64,000 nt of DNA from Candidatus Latescibacterota bacterium (GTDB lineage Bacteria; Latescibacterota; UBA2968; UBA8231), in NCBI GenBank assembly GCA_963422735.1, contig OY730476.1, positions 512,001-576,000 of the forward strand, written 5' to 3'. The first letter of the stretch is position 1. Each line of letters begins with the position of its first letter. Shown here one piece after another: positions 41,772 through 51,578 of the stretch. Under the pieces are notes generated by a model. The model ran no database searches, was not told the origin of the DNA, and worked only from the letters and a program-made list of their open reading frames with translations. Made by a program: the position numbers and the translations under genes.

Positions 41772-42883
41772 GCGTTAGCTCTGCGGAGGACATTGGCGGC
41801 TCGCATATTCGCTTGGGCAGTAGCGTAGAAGTCTGCGAGGTTGGGCTGCCTTTTGATCCATTCGATGTATTCGCCAACGGTCTGTTCGAGCGGGACCTCG
41901 GGCTGCCAGCCTAGGGCTTGCAGGGCCTCGCCGGAGGAGACGGTGTGGCGGGTGTCGCCAAAGCGGTATTCTCCACTTACGAGCGGTTCGATGGCTTGCC
42001 CGGCCATGCGCGTTACGAGCCGGGCGTATTCGAGGACGGTGGTGCCGCGCTGCCCGGCGACATTGAAGGAGCGGAAATCAGCGCGCTCGTCTTCGAGACA
42101 GAGGACATTGGCGCGGGCCACATCGCCGACATAGACGTAGTCGCGCAGCGATTGGCCGTCCTCGTAGCAGACCGGGGGCTGGCCATACAGGACGCGGAGG
42201 GCGAAAATGCGGCCAATGCCCGAATAGGCATTGAAAAAGGAGTTGCGCGGCCCTTGGACGATGGAGTAGCGCATATTGACCGTGGGAATGTCGTATTTGC
42301 GGCCGAGGCTGAAGGATGTCAGTTCGGCTGCGTATTTGGAGATGCCATAGGGGGTGTGGGGGTTGGCGATGTCTTCGGTGATTGGCTGGTGTTCGAGGGG
42401 GGCGGCGCAGTGAGGGCAGCGGACTTCCCACTCGGCTCTAGCTAACTGCGCGTCGGGACGGGCGTCGGGATAGAGGGTGCCGTGCTCGCCGCAGCGGTAC
42501 TTGCCCTCGCCATATACGGCTTGCGACGAGGCTAGGACAACCTTCCGTACGGGTAGCTGCTCGGCGACGATCAGCTCGTAGAGCAGGGTCGCGCCGACCG
42601 TATTGACGTGGTGAAAGGTGGAAAAGTCCGGCATGTAATCTTGGTAGGCTGCTAGGTGGATGACGCCGTCGATGCCGTCGAGCGCGGCCAGCCAGTCGGC
42701 GCGTTGACGCACATCGCCGCGCATCTTTTCCACGCCGGTGGGCAGATAGTCGGGCCAGCCTTGGGGGTGGACCCGCTCCTGTAGGGAGTCGAGAACGCGG
42801 ACGCGATAGCCCGCGGCGACGAGGCGATCTACGGTGTGCGAGCCGATAAAGCCAGCACCGCCTGTGACTAGAATGTGACCCAT
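41768..42883 (-). CDS. NAD-dependent nucleotide-sugar epimerase/dehydratase
   Basis: TGGAGFIGS, SSQAVYGEG, YGISK and RDYVYV motifs. Confidence 0.92.
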   Translation of the reverse strand: MGHILVTGGAGFIGSHTVDRLVAAGYRVRVLDSLQERVHPQGWPDYLPTGVEKMRGDVRQRADWLAALDGIDGVIHLAAYQDYMPDFSTFHHVNTVGATLLYELIVAEQLPVRKVVLASSQAVYGEGKYRCGEHGTLYPDARPDAQLARAEWEVRCPHCAAPLEHQPITEDIANPHTPYGISKYAAELTSFSLGRKYDIPTVNMRYSIVQGPRNSFFNAYSGIGRIFALRVLYGQPPVCYEDGQSLRDYVYVGDVARANVLCLEDERADFRSFNVAGQRGTTVLEYARLVTRMAGQAIEPLVSGEYRFGDTRHTVSSGEALQALGWQPEVPLEQTVGEYIEWIKRQPNLADFYATAQANMRAANVLRRANA

Positions 42884-42898
42884 GAGTTGGGGCAGGGG

Positions 42899-43440
42899 TT
42901 ATTTCTCGGGGGTTGTTCCTGCCATGGTGGAGACGATAAGGGGAGTGGATGCCCAATGTGTACTGCAAGTAGGGGATTTTCTGGATCGTACAACACGGCA
43001 AGAATCCCAGCAGCAAGGGCGATTGCAGTGCGTGCAACCCAAAAGCCAACCTTTCGGTAGTAGCGAGGAATCACGATCACTTCGATGATGCCACTGCCGA
43101 AGAGACCGCAACCGAAATTTAGAGTGAACACTATTGAAGAGAGGCTCAAGCAGCATTGGCGGCGTACTTTAATAGGCGCTGCAAAAAGGATAGATTGTCT
43201 AGATCGTCGCCATCGTTGGGGGCTGGATCGGATACACCCAGTGCTTTTAGAAGCTGTTGATAGGCATAGTCGTCGTCCAGTGGGGTTAGGGCTTGGCGAT
43301 CCCTCAGCCATTCGGGAATATTCCCACTCGTCGAGCCATTCGGGAACGCCATCCCGCCGGAGGCGCGTAGCGAGGGCGCGGGCAACGGCTCGGCTTTCCG
43401 GTTCGTGGGCGCACGAAATGAAGGCAGGACTGCTATTCAT
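42899..43440 (-). pseudogene. Remnant of TIR-domain gene plus small membrane protein
   Basis: AFISCAHE..ARALATRLRRDGV..WLDEWE (TIR N-terminus), then frameshifted pieces ending ..FWVARTAIALAAGILAV..LLAVHIG/ASTPLIV. Confidence 0.65.
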
Positions 43441-43630
43441 GGCCTAACTCTTTATGGCCTTGCGACGCGTTCCAGTAGATGGCAAAAAAGTACCTTATCG
43501 ACCAGATCGGGGCAAGGTAGGTCGGCGGCGATAAGGCGCGGTATCCCGGTCAAGGTGCGGCGGTTGACAGAAAATCGCTGTTGTGCGGATTTTCAGAGAT
43601 CGCGGTGAAATCGAACGGACGAGACGGAGA

Positions 43631-44752
43631 ATGCGCTACGCGCCCAAGATAGCCCTCGCACTGGCCAGCTTAGTCTGCGGCATCGCGCTGTGCGAGCTAG
43701 CGTTGAGCTTCTTGCACCCGCAGCTCTTCCGCCGCCCGCCCGTCTGGCGCTACGACCCCGAGCTGGGTTGGAGCCACATCCCAGATCGCGTCGGCCGCTT
43801 GGTCACCCCGGAATTCAATGTGGAAATGCGGATCAATAGCATCGGGTTGCGCGACCGCGATTTCGCGACCGCAAAAGCCGCCGGCGTCCGCCGCGTGGCC
43901 CTGTTCGGCGACTCGTTTGTCGAGGGGTGGGGCGTTCCCATAGAAGCCGCTGTCAGCCGTCAGCTCGAAGCCTGTCTCCAGCGGGAGAGAGCCTCAGTGG
44001 AGGTGGCCAATTTCGGGGTGGCTGGTTACGGCACGGACCAAGCGCTGCTGTTTTTCGAGCAACAGGAGCCGCGCTTTGGGGCCGATGAGGTGGTACTCTT
44101 TTTTTACGGCAACGACCTGTGGAACAATGCTTCGCGCCGGGGCATTGGTGCCGAGCGGGGCTTCAAGCCCTACTTCCGGGTGCGGGGCAATGGGCAGCTC
44201 GCGCTCGCAGGCGTCCCGGTAAAGCAGTCGAGCTTTTGGCACCAGCCGGCCGACGCGTTGCCCCTCGCGGCGCGGTTGAAACGCTATTTCTCGCAGCACT
44301 GGCACTTGTACCGGCTGGTGCAAAAGGCGTGGCAGCCGGAGGTGCCGCACGGGCAGCAGCAGGATTTTTACGCGGGCCTGTACGGCGCGGACGCGCGCTT
44401 TGCCCCGGCTTGGGAGCTGACGGGCCGCATCCTCGCGGCCTTTAAGCGCAGCGCCGAGCAGCACGGCGCACGCCTGACCGTTGCGTACGTGCCGTCGATC
44501 GTCCAGGTAGAAGAAGACAACTGGCGTGCCAAGCGCGAGCTATACGGCCTGATCGGCGAGTTCGACCTGCACAAGCCCAATGCCAAGCTAGCCGGCTTTG
44601 CCGAGCAGCACGGATTCGTGCTGATAGATTTGCTCGACGAGTTCAGAGAGAAGGCCCAAACCCAAACCCTGTATTGGCGCGATAGCCACTGGAACGCGGC
44701 CGGCCACGCCTTAGCTGCCGAGCGGCTCTGCGCGCATCTGCGGAGGCCCTAG
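43631..44752 (+). CDS. SGNH/GDSL hydrolase-like protein (AlgX/AlgJ type)
   Basis: INSIGLRD, FGDSF, NFGVAGYGTDQ, GND and DSHWNAAGH motifs. Confidence 0.87.
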   Translation: MRYAPKIALALASLVCGIALCELALSFLHPQLFRRPPVWRYDPELGWSHIPDRVGRLVTPEFNVEMRINSIGLRDRDFATAKAAGVRRVALFGDSFVEGWGVPIEAAVSRQLEACLQRERASVEVANFGVAGYGTDQALLFFEQQEPRFGADEVVLFFYGNDLWNNASRRGIGAERGFKPYFRVRGNGQLALAGVPVKQSSFWHQPADALPLAARLKRYFSQHWHLYRLVQKAWQPEVPHGQQQDFYAGLYGADARFAPAWELTGRILAAFKRSAEQHGARLTVAYVPSIVQVEEDNWRAKRELYGLIGEFDLHKPNAKLAGFAEQHGFVLIDLLDEFREKAQTQTLYWRDSHWNAAGHALAAERLCAHLRRP

Positions 44753-44755
44753 CTC

Positions 44756-47119
44756 GTGGAGTGGCACAAGGATCTAGGGGCTGTGGGGCTGCTCGGGGCG
44801 GCGGTCGCCATTTTCTTCTGGCCGGCCGCTGCGCTAGAGGGGGCGTTTTTCGTGCAGGACGTGATGGTGCAAAACCACCCGTTCCGCGACTTTTTCGCCC
44901 GCGCCCTCCGCGAGGGCCAATTGCCGCTGTGGAATGCGGCGATCAACTGCGGCTTCCCCCTGTTTGCCGAAGGCCAGGCCGGGGCACTGTATCTGCCCAA
45001 TGTGATTTTGGCGTTGCTTTTGCCCACTTGGGCCGCGCTAAATTGGAACATTGTCTTGCACTTGTGGTTGGCGGGTGTTGGCATGTACGCGCTGGTGCGC
45101 GCTTTTGGCGCTGTGCGGCCGGCCGCGCTGTGTGCTGGGCTTTGCTACGCCCTGAGCGGATACATGATCGTGCGGGCCATGTCGCCCAACTTCATCGACG
45201 TATGTGCTTGGTTGCCGCTGCTGTTTTGGCTCGTCGATCGCATCCTGAACCGGGGGCACTTTTTTTACGTACTGCTTTTTGCCTTGGCGATTTGTTTGCA
45301 ACTGCTGGCTGGCCACCCCCAAGCAGCCCTGTACGGGGCCGTTGCCGTCGCGGGTTACTGGCTCTATCGGAGCTGGGTTCAGGGCGCGAGGTGGATCGCT
45401 TGGCCGACGCTGGCCGGCGCATTTGTGCTGGGTGTGGCCCTAGCTGCCGTCCAGCTAGGGCCTACTGCCGAATTAGTGCAGCTATCCAACCGCGGAGCCG
45501 GCCTTTTGTGGGCCAGCTTTGTCGCGATGTCGCTGCCGCCCGAGCGGCTAGCTACCTTGTTGTTGCCCAACTTCTTCGGCAATTCGGCGCACGGCACGTA
45601 CGGGAGCCGGGAGGTAGGTTTTTTCATCCAGCTCTGCGCTTACGTCGGCGTGGTGCCCCTGTTTTTGGCTTGGGCGGCCCTGCGCGAGCGGCGGGACGGC
45701 CAAGTCGGTTTTTTTGCCGCGCTCGCCCTTGCCGGGTTGGTACTCGCGCTGGGCAAATACACGGCCATCTTTTCCTTTTTTTATGAAATTCCGGGGTTTA
45801 GCCTGTTCCGCATCCCGACGCGCTTTTTGTTGTGGTTTGCCATGGGGGCATCCGTGCTCTGCGGCCTTGGTCTCGACCAAGTATTGCGCCGCCAGCGGCA
45901 CCGGCCCGCAAACGGCTGGCTGTTGGCCACAAGCCTCGGCGTGGCCAGTGCGGGCCTTTTGTTGGCCAGCGGAGTCGCGCTCTTTGTTGACAGCCCAGAA
46001 CAAGCGCGCTACATCCACCACTTGCGCGGCGATGGCCTGAGGCTCGTAGGGGCGTTGATAATCGGCGCGTGGCTGCTCAGCCGGCGGGCGCGGCGGTCCG
46101 CAGCGTGGGCTGCGCCCGTGGCCATTTTTGCCGAACTGTACAGCTTTGGCGCGGATTTTAACGGCACCATAGAGCCAGCCGCGTACACCGAGACCCCAGC
46201 GACCGCCCGCGAGATTTTGGCCGATCACACGGCCGCTGCGCCGCCGCGGGTCATCAGCTTGGTCACCGAGCGGAACTCGCCATTTGATTGGCACGGGGGA
46301 TGGGCCTACGACTTGGGGTCCTATCGCCGCTATAACGAGACCTTGCGGATGTATTCGGGGGGGCTATATGGAATTGCCAACGCGCTGCCGGGGTGGAGCC
46401 CGCTGCACCTATATCGCCACGGGGAGTTCGCCCGCGGCTATCCGGCATTTGCCGCTTTGGCTGGCGTGGAATACGCGGTGCGCTACAGCCGCGACGGGGA
46501 CATCGACGTGCAGCGCCTGCCCACAGCCTTGCCCCGCGCGTACGCGGTGGGCCAATTCCACCTCGCCACTAGTCCGCGGGCCGGACTGACTTACATAGCT
46601 CGTGGATTTTCCATGCGGCGCGAAGTTGTCTTGGAGGAAACGCCGGCCGCCTCGGTTGGGCCGGGCGGTGCGGCGCAGATCGTCCGCTACGAGGACGAAG
46701 AAGTCGCCGTGGCCCTCACCGACTCGGCCGGGGGGATTTTGGTCTTGAGCGATACCTACTATCCGGGCTGGCGGGCCTTTGTCGATGGGGTCGAGTGCCC
46801 GATCCTCCGCGCCAATCACGTGTTCCGCGCCGTAGTGGTCCCGGCCGGAGTGCGCGAGGTCGTTTTTTCGTACGAGCCGGATAGTTTCCGCTACGGCTTG
46901 CTGGTCAGCGTGGCTGCGGCCGCGCTCTGGTTGGGGTTGGCTTGGGGCGGTCGGCGGCTAATTTTGCCGCCGGTGGCGAATATGCCGGCGGACGCCGGGG
47001 CGCGGTTGAAGGTCCAGGCCTTGCTGGGAGTCTTGGTTTTCGTGCTCCACGCAATAGCCACGCAGGGGCCTTTGTGGAGCGGTTGGCTCGAACGCCTGCG
47101 GCTAGGGGTGGGGTCGTGA
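44756..47119 (+). CDS. YfhO-family polytopic membrane protein (GT-C glycosyltransferase-like)
   Basis: GQLPLWN..GFPLFA, LAGHPQ, FRIPTRF and LSDTYYPGWRAFVDG..ANHVFRAV motifs. Confidence 0.85.
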   Translation: MEWHKDLGAVGLLGAAVAIFFWPAAALEGAFFVQDVMVQNHPFRDFFARALREGQLPLWNAAINCGFPLFAEGQAGALYLPNVILALLLPTWAALNWNIVLHLWLAGVGMYALVRAFGAVRPAALCAGLCYALSGYMIVRAMSPNFIDVCAWLPLLFWLVDRILNRGHFFYVLLFALAICLQLLAGHPQAALYGAVAVAGYWLYRSWVQGARWIAWPTLAGAFVLGVALAAVQLGPTAELVQLSNRGAGLLWASFVAMSLPPERLATLLLPNFFGNSAHGTYGSREVGFFIQLCAYVGVVPLFLAWAALRERRDGQVGFFAALALAGLVLALGKYTAIFSFFYEIPGFSLFRIPTRFLLWFAMGASVLCGLGLDQVLRRQRHRPANGWLLATSLGVASAGLLLASGVALFVDSPEQARYIHHLRGDGLRLVGALIIGAWLLSRRARRSAAWAAPVAIFAELYSFGADFNGTIEPAAYTETPATAREILADHTAAAPPRVISLVTERNSPFDWHGGWAYDLGSYRRYNETLRMYSGGLYGIANALPGWSPLHLYRHGEFARGYPAFAALAGVEYAVRYSRDGDIDVQRLPTALPRAYAVGQFHLATSPRAGLTYIARGFSMRREVVLEETPAASVGPGGAAQIVRYEDEEVAVALTDSAGGILVLSDTYYPGWRAFVDGVECPILRANHVFRAVVVPAGVREVVFSYEPDSFRYGLLVSVAAAALWLGLAWGGRRLILPPVANMPADAGARLKVQALLGVLVFVLHAIATQGPLWSGWLERLRLGVGS

Positions 47120-48960
47120 TGGGGGGGATCATCGGGCTGGCCGCAGGGGCCGCCGCGCTCGCGGTTTATGGAATGACGCTGTGCCCGACCGTGTACGTAG
47201 AGGGGAGCGGCGAGCTGATCGGCGCGGCCTATAGGTTGGGGACAGCGCATCCGACCGGGTATCCCCTGTTCTGCCTCTGCAGCCGCTTGCTGGTGCTGGC
47301 ACTTTCGTGGGTCAGCCCGGCCGTGGCGGTCAATGCCGCATCAGCTCTATTTGCCGCTGCCTGTTGTGGGGCCTTGGCGGCCGTGCTCTACGGGCGCGGG
47401 GTGCGGCCTGTGGTAGCTTTGGCCGCGGCCTTGGTGCTGGCGTTTTCGCGCACCTTTTGGTCCCAGGCCGTCATCGCCGAAGTCTATGGCTTGGCCTTAT
47501 TGCTCGTGGTCTTAGTTCTGGCTCAAGCCCTTAGAGCGTGTGAGAGCAAGGAGCCGTGCCAAGTAATCCTCTTGGGCTGGCTCATGGGCTTGGGTCTCAC
47601 GGCTCACTTGATACAGGTGCTTGTCTGGCCGGGCGTGGTCGCGGTCTTGGCCTGGCACTGGCCCGCGCTTTGGCGGCGGCCCCTGTTGCTGGCGCAGGGG
47701 ATGCTCGCTGCGCTGGTGGCGTACAGCTTGGTGGCATACTTACCGCTGCGCAATGGCCGGGGCACAGGATTTCACTGGGGGCCACTCAACGACCTTGCGA
47801 CCCTGTGGCAGCACTTGAGCGGCGCGCTCTATCGCTCGTCGTTTTTTTCGCTGCCCTTAGAGGGCATGTTGCTCAACGCCCAGCGCTGGTTGGCGCAGGC
47901 GGCCGGCGAGTTCCATCCCGCGTTGCTGCCGTTGGTCGCTTGGGGTGGGTGGGCAGCTTGGCGTCGTGACCGTAGTATATTCGTCTTGGCTGGGGGGGCA
48001 ATCGCCTGTAATTTGATCGCCGCGCTCAACTACCACCGCGACCCCAATGGTCTGCCGGTATTTTACTTGCTCAGCATCGTGGGATTGGCGGTGTGGTTGG
48101 GCTTGGGGTTGGACGCATTGGCTAGCCGGATGCGGCCGGCCATCTCGGTGCCGCTTGTCGCGCTCGTCGTCGCCTTAGTGCTGACCGCGCACTACGAGGA
48201 ATCCGACCGCAGCGAAAATTGGGTCGCCGACCGCTATGGCCGCGACATTCTCGCCGACTTGCCCGCGGGTGCGATCCTGATTACCGAGGGGGACGATGCG
48301 GCCTTTGTGCTCGACTACCTGTTGCGGATAGAGGGCTTGCGCCCGGATGTGACCTTGTACAACCGCATGGGACGGGGGACGGACGTACTCGCTTGGAACG
48401 AGCACGCGCTGCCACCGCTAAGGCAGGAGCGGCTGCGCTGGCGGCGCGAAGCCGCATTGGCTCGGGGCGGCCGGCCCCTTTTTTATTTGGTCCCGCGCCG
48501 CTCGCCGCTGGCGGAGTGGGTGTTTGTGCCTGCGGGCTTGGTCTATCGCCTGCAAGCATCCGACGACAGCACGGGGGCCGCCTCGCCGATCGAGATGGGC
48601 AACGCGTTGGCCACGGGCTTTTTTCGCGACCCTTGGGTGCGGAAGATCCAGAGCAATTACTATTTTATGGCCGGCGAGGAGCGTCTGTGGGCCGAGGATC
48701 GGGCCGGGGCCACGGCCGCGTACGAGCAGGCGGCGACCCTCGCTTTCGATTCGCGCACCACGCGCTTTAACGTAGCACTTAAGCTGTTTGAAGTTGGCGA
48801 GTTGGATCGGGCTATGGACCATGCGGCGGCCGCGGCGGCCATCGACCCTTGGCAGCCTACTCTCTATCGCCTGATGGCGCGCATCGAGCGCGAACAGGGT
48901 CGCTATGACGAGGCGCGCCGTTGGAACCAAAAAGTAGGCGAGTTGCAGCGAGTGCCTTGA
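47119..48960 (+). CDS. DUF2723 membrane protein with C-terminal TPR (TMEM260-like GT-C)
   Basis: GSGELI..LGTAHPTGYPLF, FWSQAVIAEVY, YLPLR and GDD motifs; TPR-like helices at the end. Confidence 0.85.
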   Translation: MGGIIGLAAGAAALAVYGMTLCPTVYVEGSGELIGAAYRLGTAHPTGYPLFCLCSRLLVLALSWVSPAVAVNAASALFAAACCGALAAVLYGRGVRPVVALAAALVLAFSRTFWSQAVIAEVYGLALLLVVLVLAQALRACESKEPCQVILLGWLMGLGLTAHLIQVLVWPGVVAVLAWHWPALWRRPLLLAQGMLAALVAYSLVAYLPLRNGRGTGFHWGPLNDLATLWQHLSGALYRSSFFSLPLEGMLLNAQRWLAQAAGEFHPALLPLVAWGGWAAWRRDRSIFVLAGGAIACNLIAALNYHRDPNGLPVFYLLSIVGLAVWLGLGLDALASRMRPAISVPLVALVVALVLTAHYEESDRSENWVADRYGRDILADLPAGAILITEGDDAAFVLDYLLRIEGLRPDVTLYNRMGRGTDVLAWNEHALPPLRQERLRWRREAALARGGRPLFYLVPRRSPLAEWVFVPAGLVYRLQASDDSTGAASPIEMGNALATGFFRDPWVRKIQSNYYFMAGEERLWAEDRAGATAAYEQAATLAFDSRTTRFNVALKLFEVGELDRAMDHAAAAAAIDPWQPTLYRLMARIEREQGRYDEARRWNQKVGELQRVP

Positions 48961-49018
48961 CGGGGTTCAATATGTATAAGCTGCGGCTGCTTACCCTTTA
49001 ACGCCGCTGAGGGTCGCT

Positions 49019-49489
49019 ATGGAAAAATTAAAACGCATACTCGATCCGCATAAGGTCGTTCTAAACCTCGCAGCGCAGCGCAACTTCGATGCCATCCGCG
49101 AATTGGCTACCGTGCTGTGGCAAGACGCCGCCGTGCCTAAGCCCGGCCAGAAGGGCTTGCTCGCGGCCTTGATTCGGCGCGAGCAACAGGCCTCCACGGG
49201 TATTGGCAAGGGCGTGGCCGTACCCCACGCACGCGAGGATGGGATCCAGCGCCAACTCTTAGCCATTGGTATCTCGCAGGCCGGCATTGACTTTGACGCG
49301 CCCGATGGCCAGCCCGTACACATCGTCGCGCTGTTGGTCACGCCCTACAAACACCAAAAACAGCACATGGCGCTGCTGGCGGCCTTGTCGCAGTGCTTGC
49401 AGCAGGAGGAAGTGCGCCAGCGCTTGCTGCAAGCGGCTGATGCAGTCGAGGCCGTCGATATTTTCACGCGCAACCCACCCTTGGGCTGA
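49019..49489 (+). CDS. PTS system IIA component (Fru/Ntr type)
   Basis: RREQQASTGIGKGVAVPHAR and IDFDAPDGQPV motifs. Confidence 0.9.
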   Translation: MEKLKRILDPHKVVLNLAAQRNFDAIRELATVLWQDAAVPKPGQKGLLAALIRREQQASTGIGKGVAVPHAREDGIQRQLLAIGISQAGIDFDAPDGQPVHIVALLVTPYKHQKQHMALLAALSQCLQQEEVRQRLLQAADAVEAVDIFTRNPPLG

Positions 49490-49505
49490 GCGCAGCGCAA
49501 AAATC

Positions 49506-51578
49506 ATGGTTCCAGAATTCACTAGGGCGGTACATGCCCCCTTATTTGAGCGGCACACTTGCTTTCTCGCTGGGCCGCTCGTAGCGGGGCAGCGGCAGGC
49601 TTTGATCGAACGGCTGCGGGTCTTGCTCTCAGCCGGGGTGCCTGGATACGCGATCTTGGTGCTGTTGCCCGACCGGGCGACCGCGCGGCGCTTTCGCCAA
49701 GCAGTAGATCGGCTCGACTTGGGTCCGTACAGCACCGTTGATCTACAGACGTACTACGGGCTAGCGAGTCGGTTGGTGCGGCTGTTTTGGCCACTGGTGG
49801 CTGGCAAGGCCGGCTTTGCTGCGCCGGCGCGGCCGCCGGTCTTCCTCAATTACGAGGCCGCCCAATACCTGATGGGGCAGGTGGTCGAGCCGCTGCTCGC
49901 CGAGGGCTATTTCGAGGGCCTGTACCTGCGGCCCCAGCGCATTCTCTCGCAATTGCTCGACAATTTGAACAAGGCGGCCGTAGCGGATTTCGCGCTCGCG
50001 GAGGTGGTGCCGCGCCTGAGTCTCGCTTGGGCCGGGGACGAGCAGCGATTGCGCGTATACGAACAGGTACAGACGTGCATCAGCCGCTACCGCAACCACT
50101 GCCTGCGGCACGGGTTGCTCGATGCGTCGCTGGTCTTTGAGGTCTGCAACCGCCACCTGATCGCGCAGGAGGAATTCTGGCACTACTTCACCGAGCGCTA
50201 TCGCCACCTCTTGATCGACTCGGCCGAAGAGCTGGTGCCGGTGGCCAGCGATTTGGTGAGGCGGCTTTTGCCTAGGTGCGATTCGGCCCTATTGGGCGGA
50301 GACGCGCAAGCTGGCTTTCGCATCTTTTTAGGCGTTGATGCGCCCGGTGCCACCGAGCTACAGCAGCAGTGCGTGGAGACGATTACTGTGGCACCGGAGG
50401 CGTGTGCCTCTCGAGATATGGTGGCCTTTGCCGACTGCATTGGCGCAAAGTTGGGCCAGATGACCGACGGCGCCTCAGGCGGGTCGCCTCGGCTGGCCGT
50501 GGCGGATGTGGTGCAGACCCGCTACCGAGGGCAGATGATCGAGGCCGTGGCCCAACGGATCGTCCAGAAGATCGCCGAGGGTATAGCCCCGGGCGAAATC
50601 GCGGTTGTGGCCCCACACGCCGACGGGGTGTTGCGCTTCCTCTTGTCTGAAACCTTTCGCGCTGCCGATATCCCCTTTGCAGTTGTGCGGCGCTACGAGA
50701 CGCTGCGCGAAGAGCCGGTGGTGCGCGCCTGTCTGACGCTGGCCATTCTCGCCCACCCCGATTGGGGACAGCGGCTCTCGCTCTTCGATTTGTCCGGGGC
50801 GTTGGAGCGGGCACTCAAGCCCCTCGACCGGCTGCGGGCCGAACTGATGGCGAGGCATTTGTACGACCCGCGCTCGGGCCAGCTCAAACCCGCGAGTGCG
50901 TTGAATGACGCTATGAGCGAGCGGATGGGCCGGGCCGCGCTCGCCCGCTATGAGGCTCTGCGCGCTTGGATTGAGGCGTATCGCGGCGGCGCGGCTGACC
51001 CTTGGGATCACTTTTTGCGCCGGCTCTTCGGGGAGGTGCTGTCGCACGCCGCGCTGGAACCCGAAGAGGCCGAGGTATACAGCAAGCTGATCGCCTCGGC
51101 GGCCTCGTTCCGCGAGGTGGCCCCGGCTATGGCGCTAGAAGACGCGGCCATTGGCCAGCGTTACGTCGAGATGATATGGTCTGGGGTCGTTGCCGCCCAG
51201 TACCTGACCGATGTCGATCTCGATGAGGCCCCAGAGTCCATTGCCCTCGTCGCGCCGGTCTATACCTACTTGCTGTCCGGCCACGTGGCGCGCTACCAGT
51301 TCTGGCTGGACATTGGCTCGGCCAACTGGTGGGAGCCACTGCACCAGCCCTTGACCAACCACTACGTGCTGACCCGGCGCTGGAACCCAGAGGAGCGCTG
51401 GACCGACGCGGTGGATTACTCGATCCGCAACCGCAACCTCTACCGCTTGGTGCGGGGCCTGTGCTTGCGCTGCCGCGCCGGGATTTACCTCTGCGCCAGC
51501 GAGTCGGAAAGTCGCGGCTCGGCGCAGGATGGGCCACTGATGATGGCGGTGCAGCAGGTCTTGCAGGAGGGGTGGTGA
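49506..51578 (+). CDS. Degenerate (probably inactive) UvrD/AddB-like helicase-fold protein
   Basis: Decayed Walker A (AGPLVAGQR), motif Ib-like TYYGLA, decayed Walker B (RHLLIDSAEE) and GIAPGEIAVVAP; no nuclease domain; coupled to the helicase. Confidence 0.7.
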   Translation: MVPEFTRAVHAPLFERHTCFLAGPLVAGQRQALIERLRVLLSAGVPGYAILVLLPDRATARRFRQAVDRLDLGPYSTVDLQTYYGLASRLVRLFWPLVAGKAGFAAPARPPVFLNYEAAQYLMGQVVEPLLAEGYFEGLYLRPQRILSQLLDNLNKAAVADFALAEVVPRLSLAWAGDEQRLRVYEQVQTCISRYRNHCLRHGLLDASLVFEVCNRHLIAQEEFWHYFTERYRHLLIDSAEELVPVASDLVRRLLPRCDSALLGGDAQAGFRIFLGVDAPGATELQQQCVETITVAPEACASRDMVAFADCIGAKLGQMTDGASGGSPRLAVADVVQTRYRGQMIEAVAQRIVQKIAEGIAPGEIAVVAPHADGVLRFLLSETFRAADIPFAVVRRYETLREEPVVRACLTLAILAHPDWGQRLSLFDLSGALERALKPLDRLRAELMARHLYDPRSGQLKPASALNDAMSERMGRAALARYEALRAWIEAYRGGAADPWDHFLRRLFGEVLSHAALEPEEAEVYSKLIASAASFREVAPAMALEDAAIGQRYVEMIWSGVVAAQYLTDVDLDEAPESIALVAPVYTYLLSGHVARYQFWLDIGSANWWEPLHQPLTNHYVLTRRWNPEERWTDAVDYSIRNRNLYRLVRGLCLRCRAGIYLCASESESRGSAQDGPLMMAVQQVLQEGW

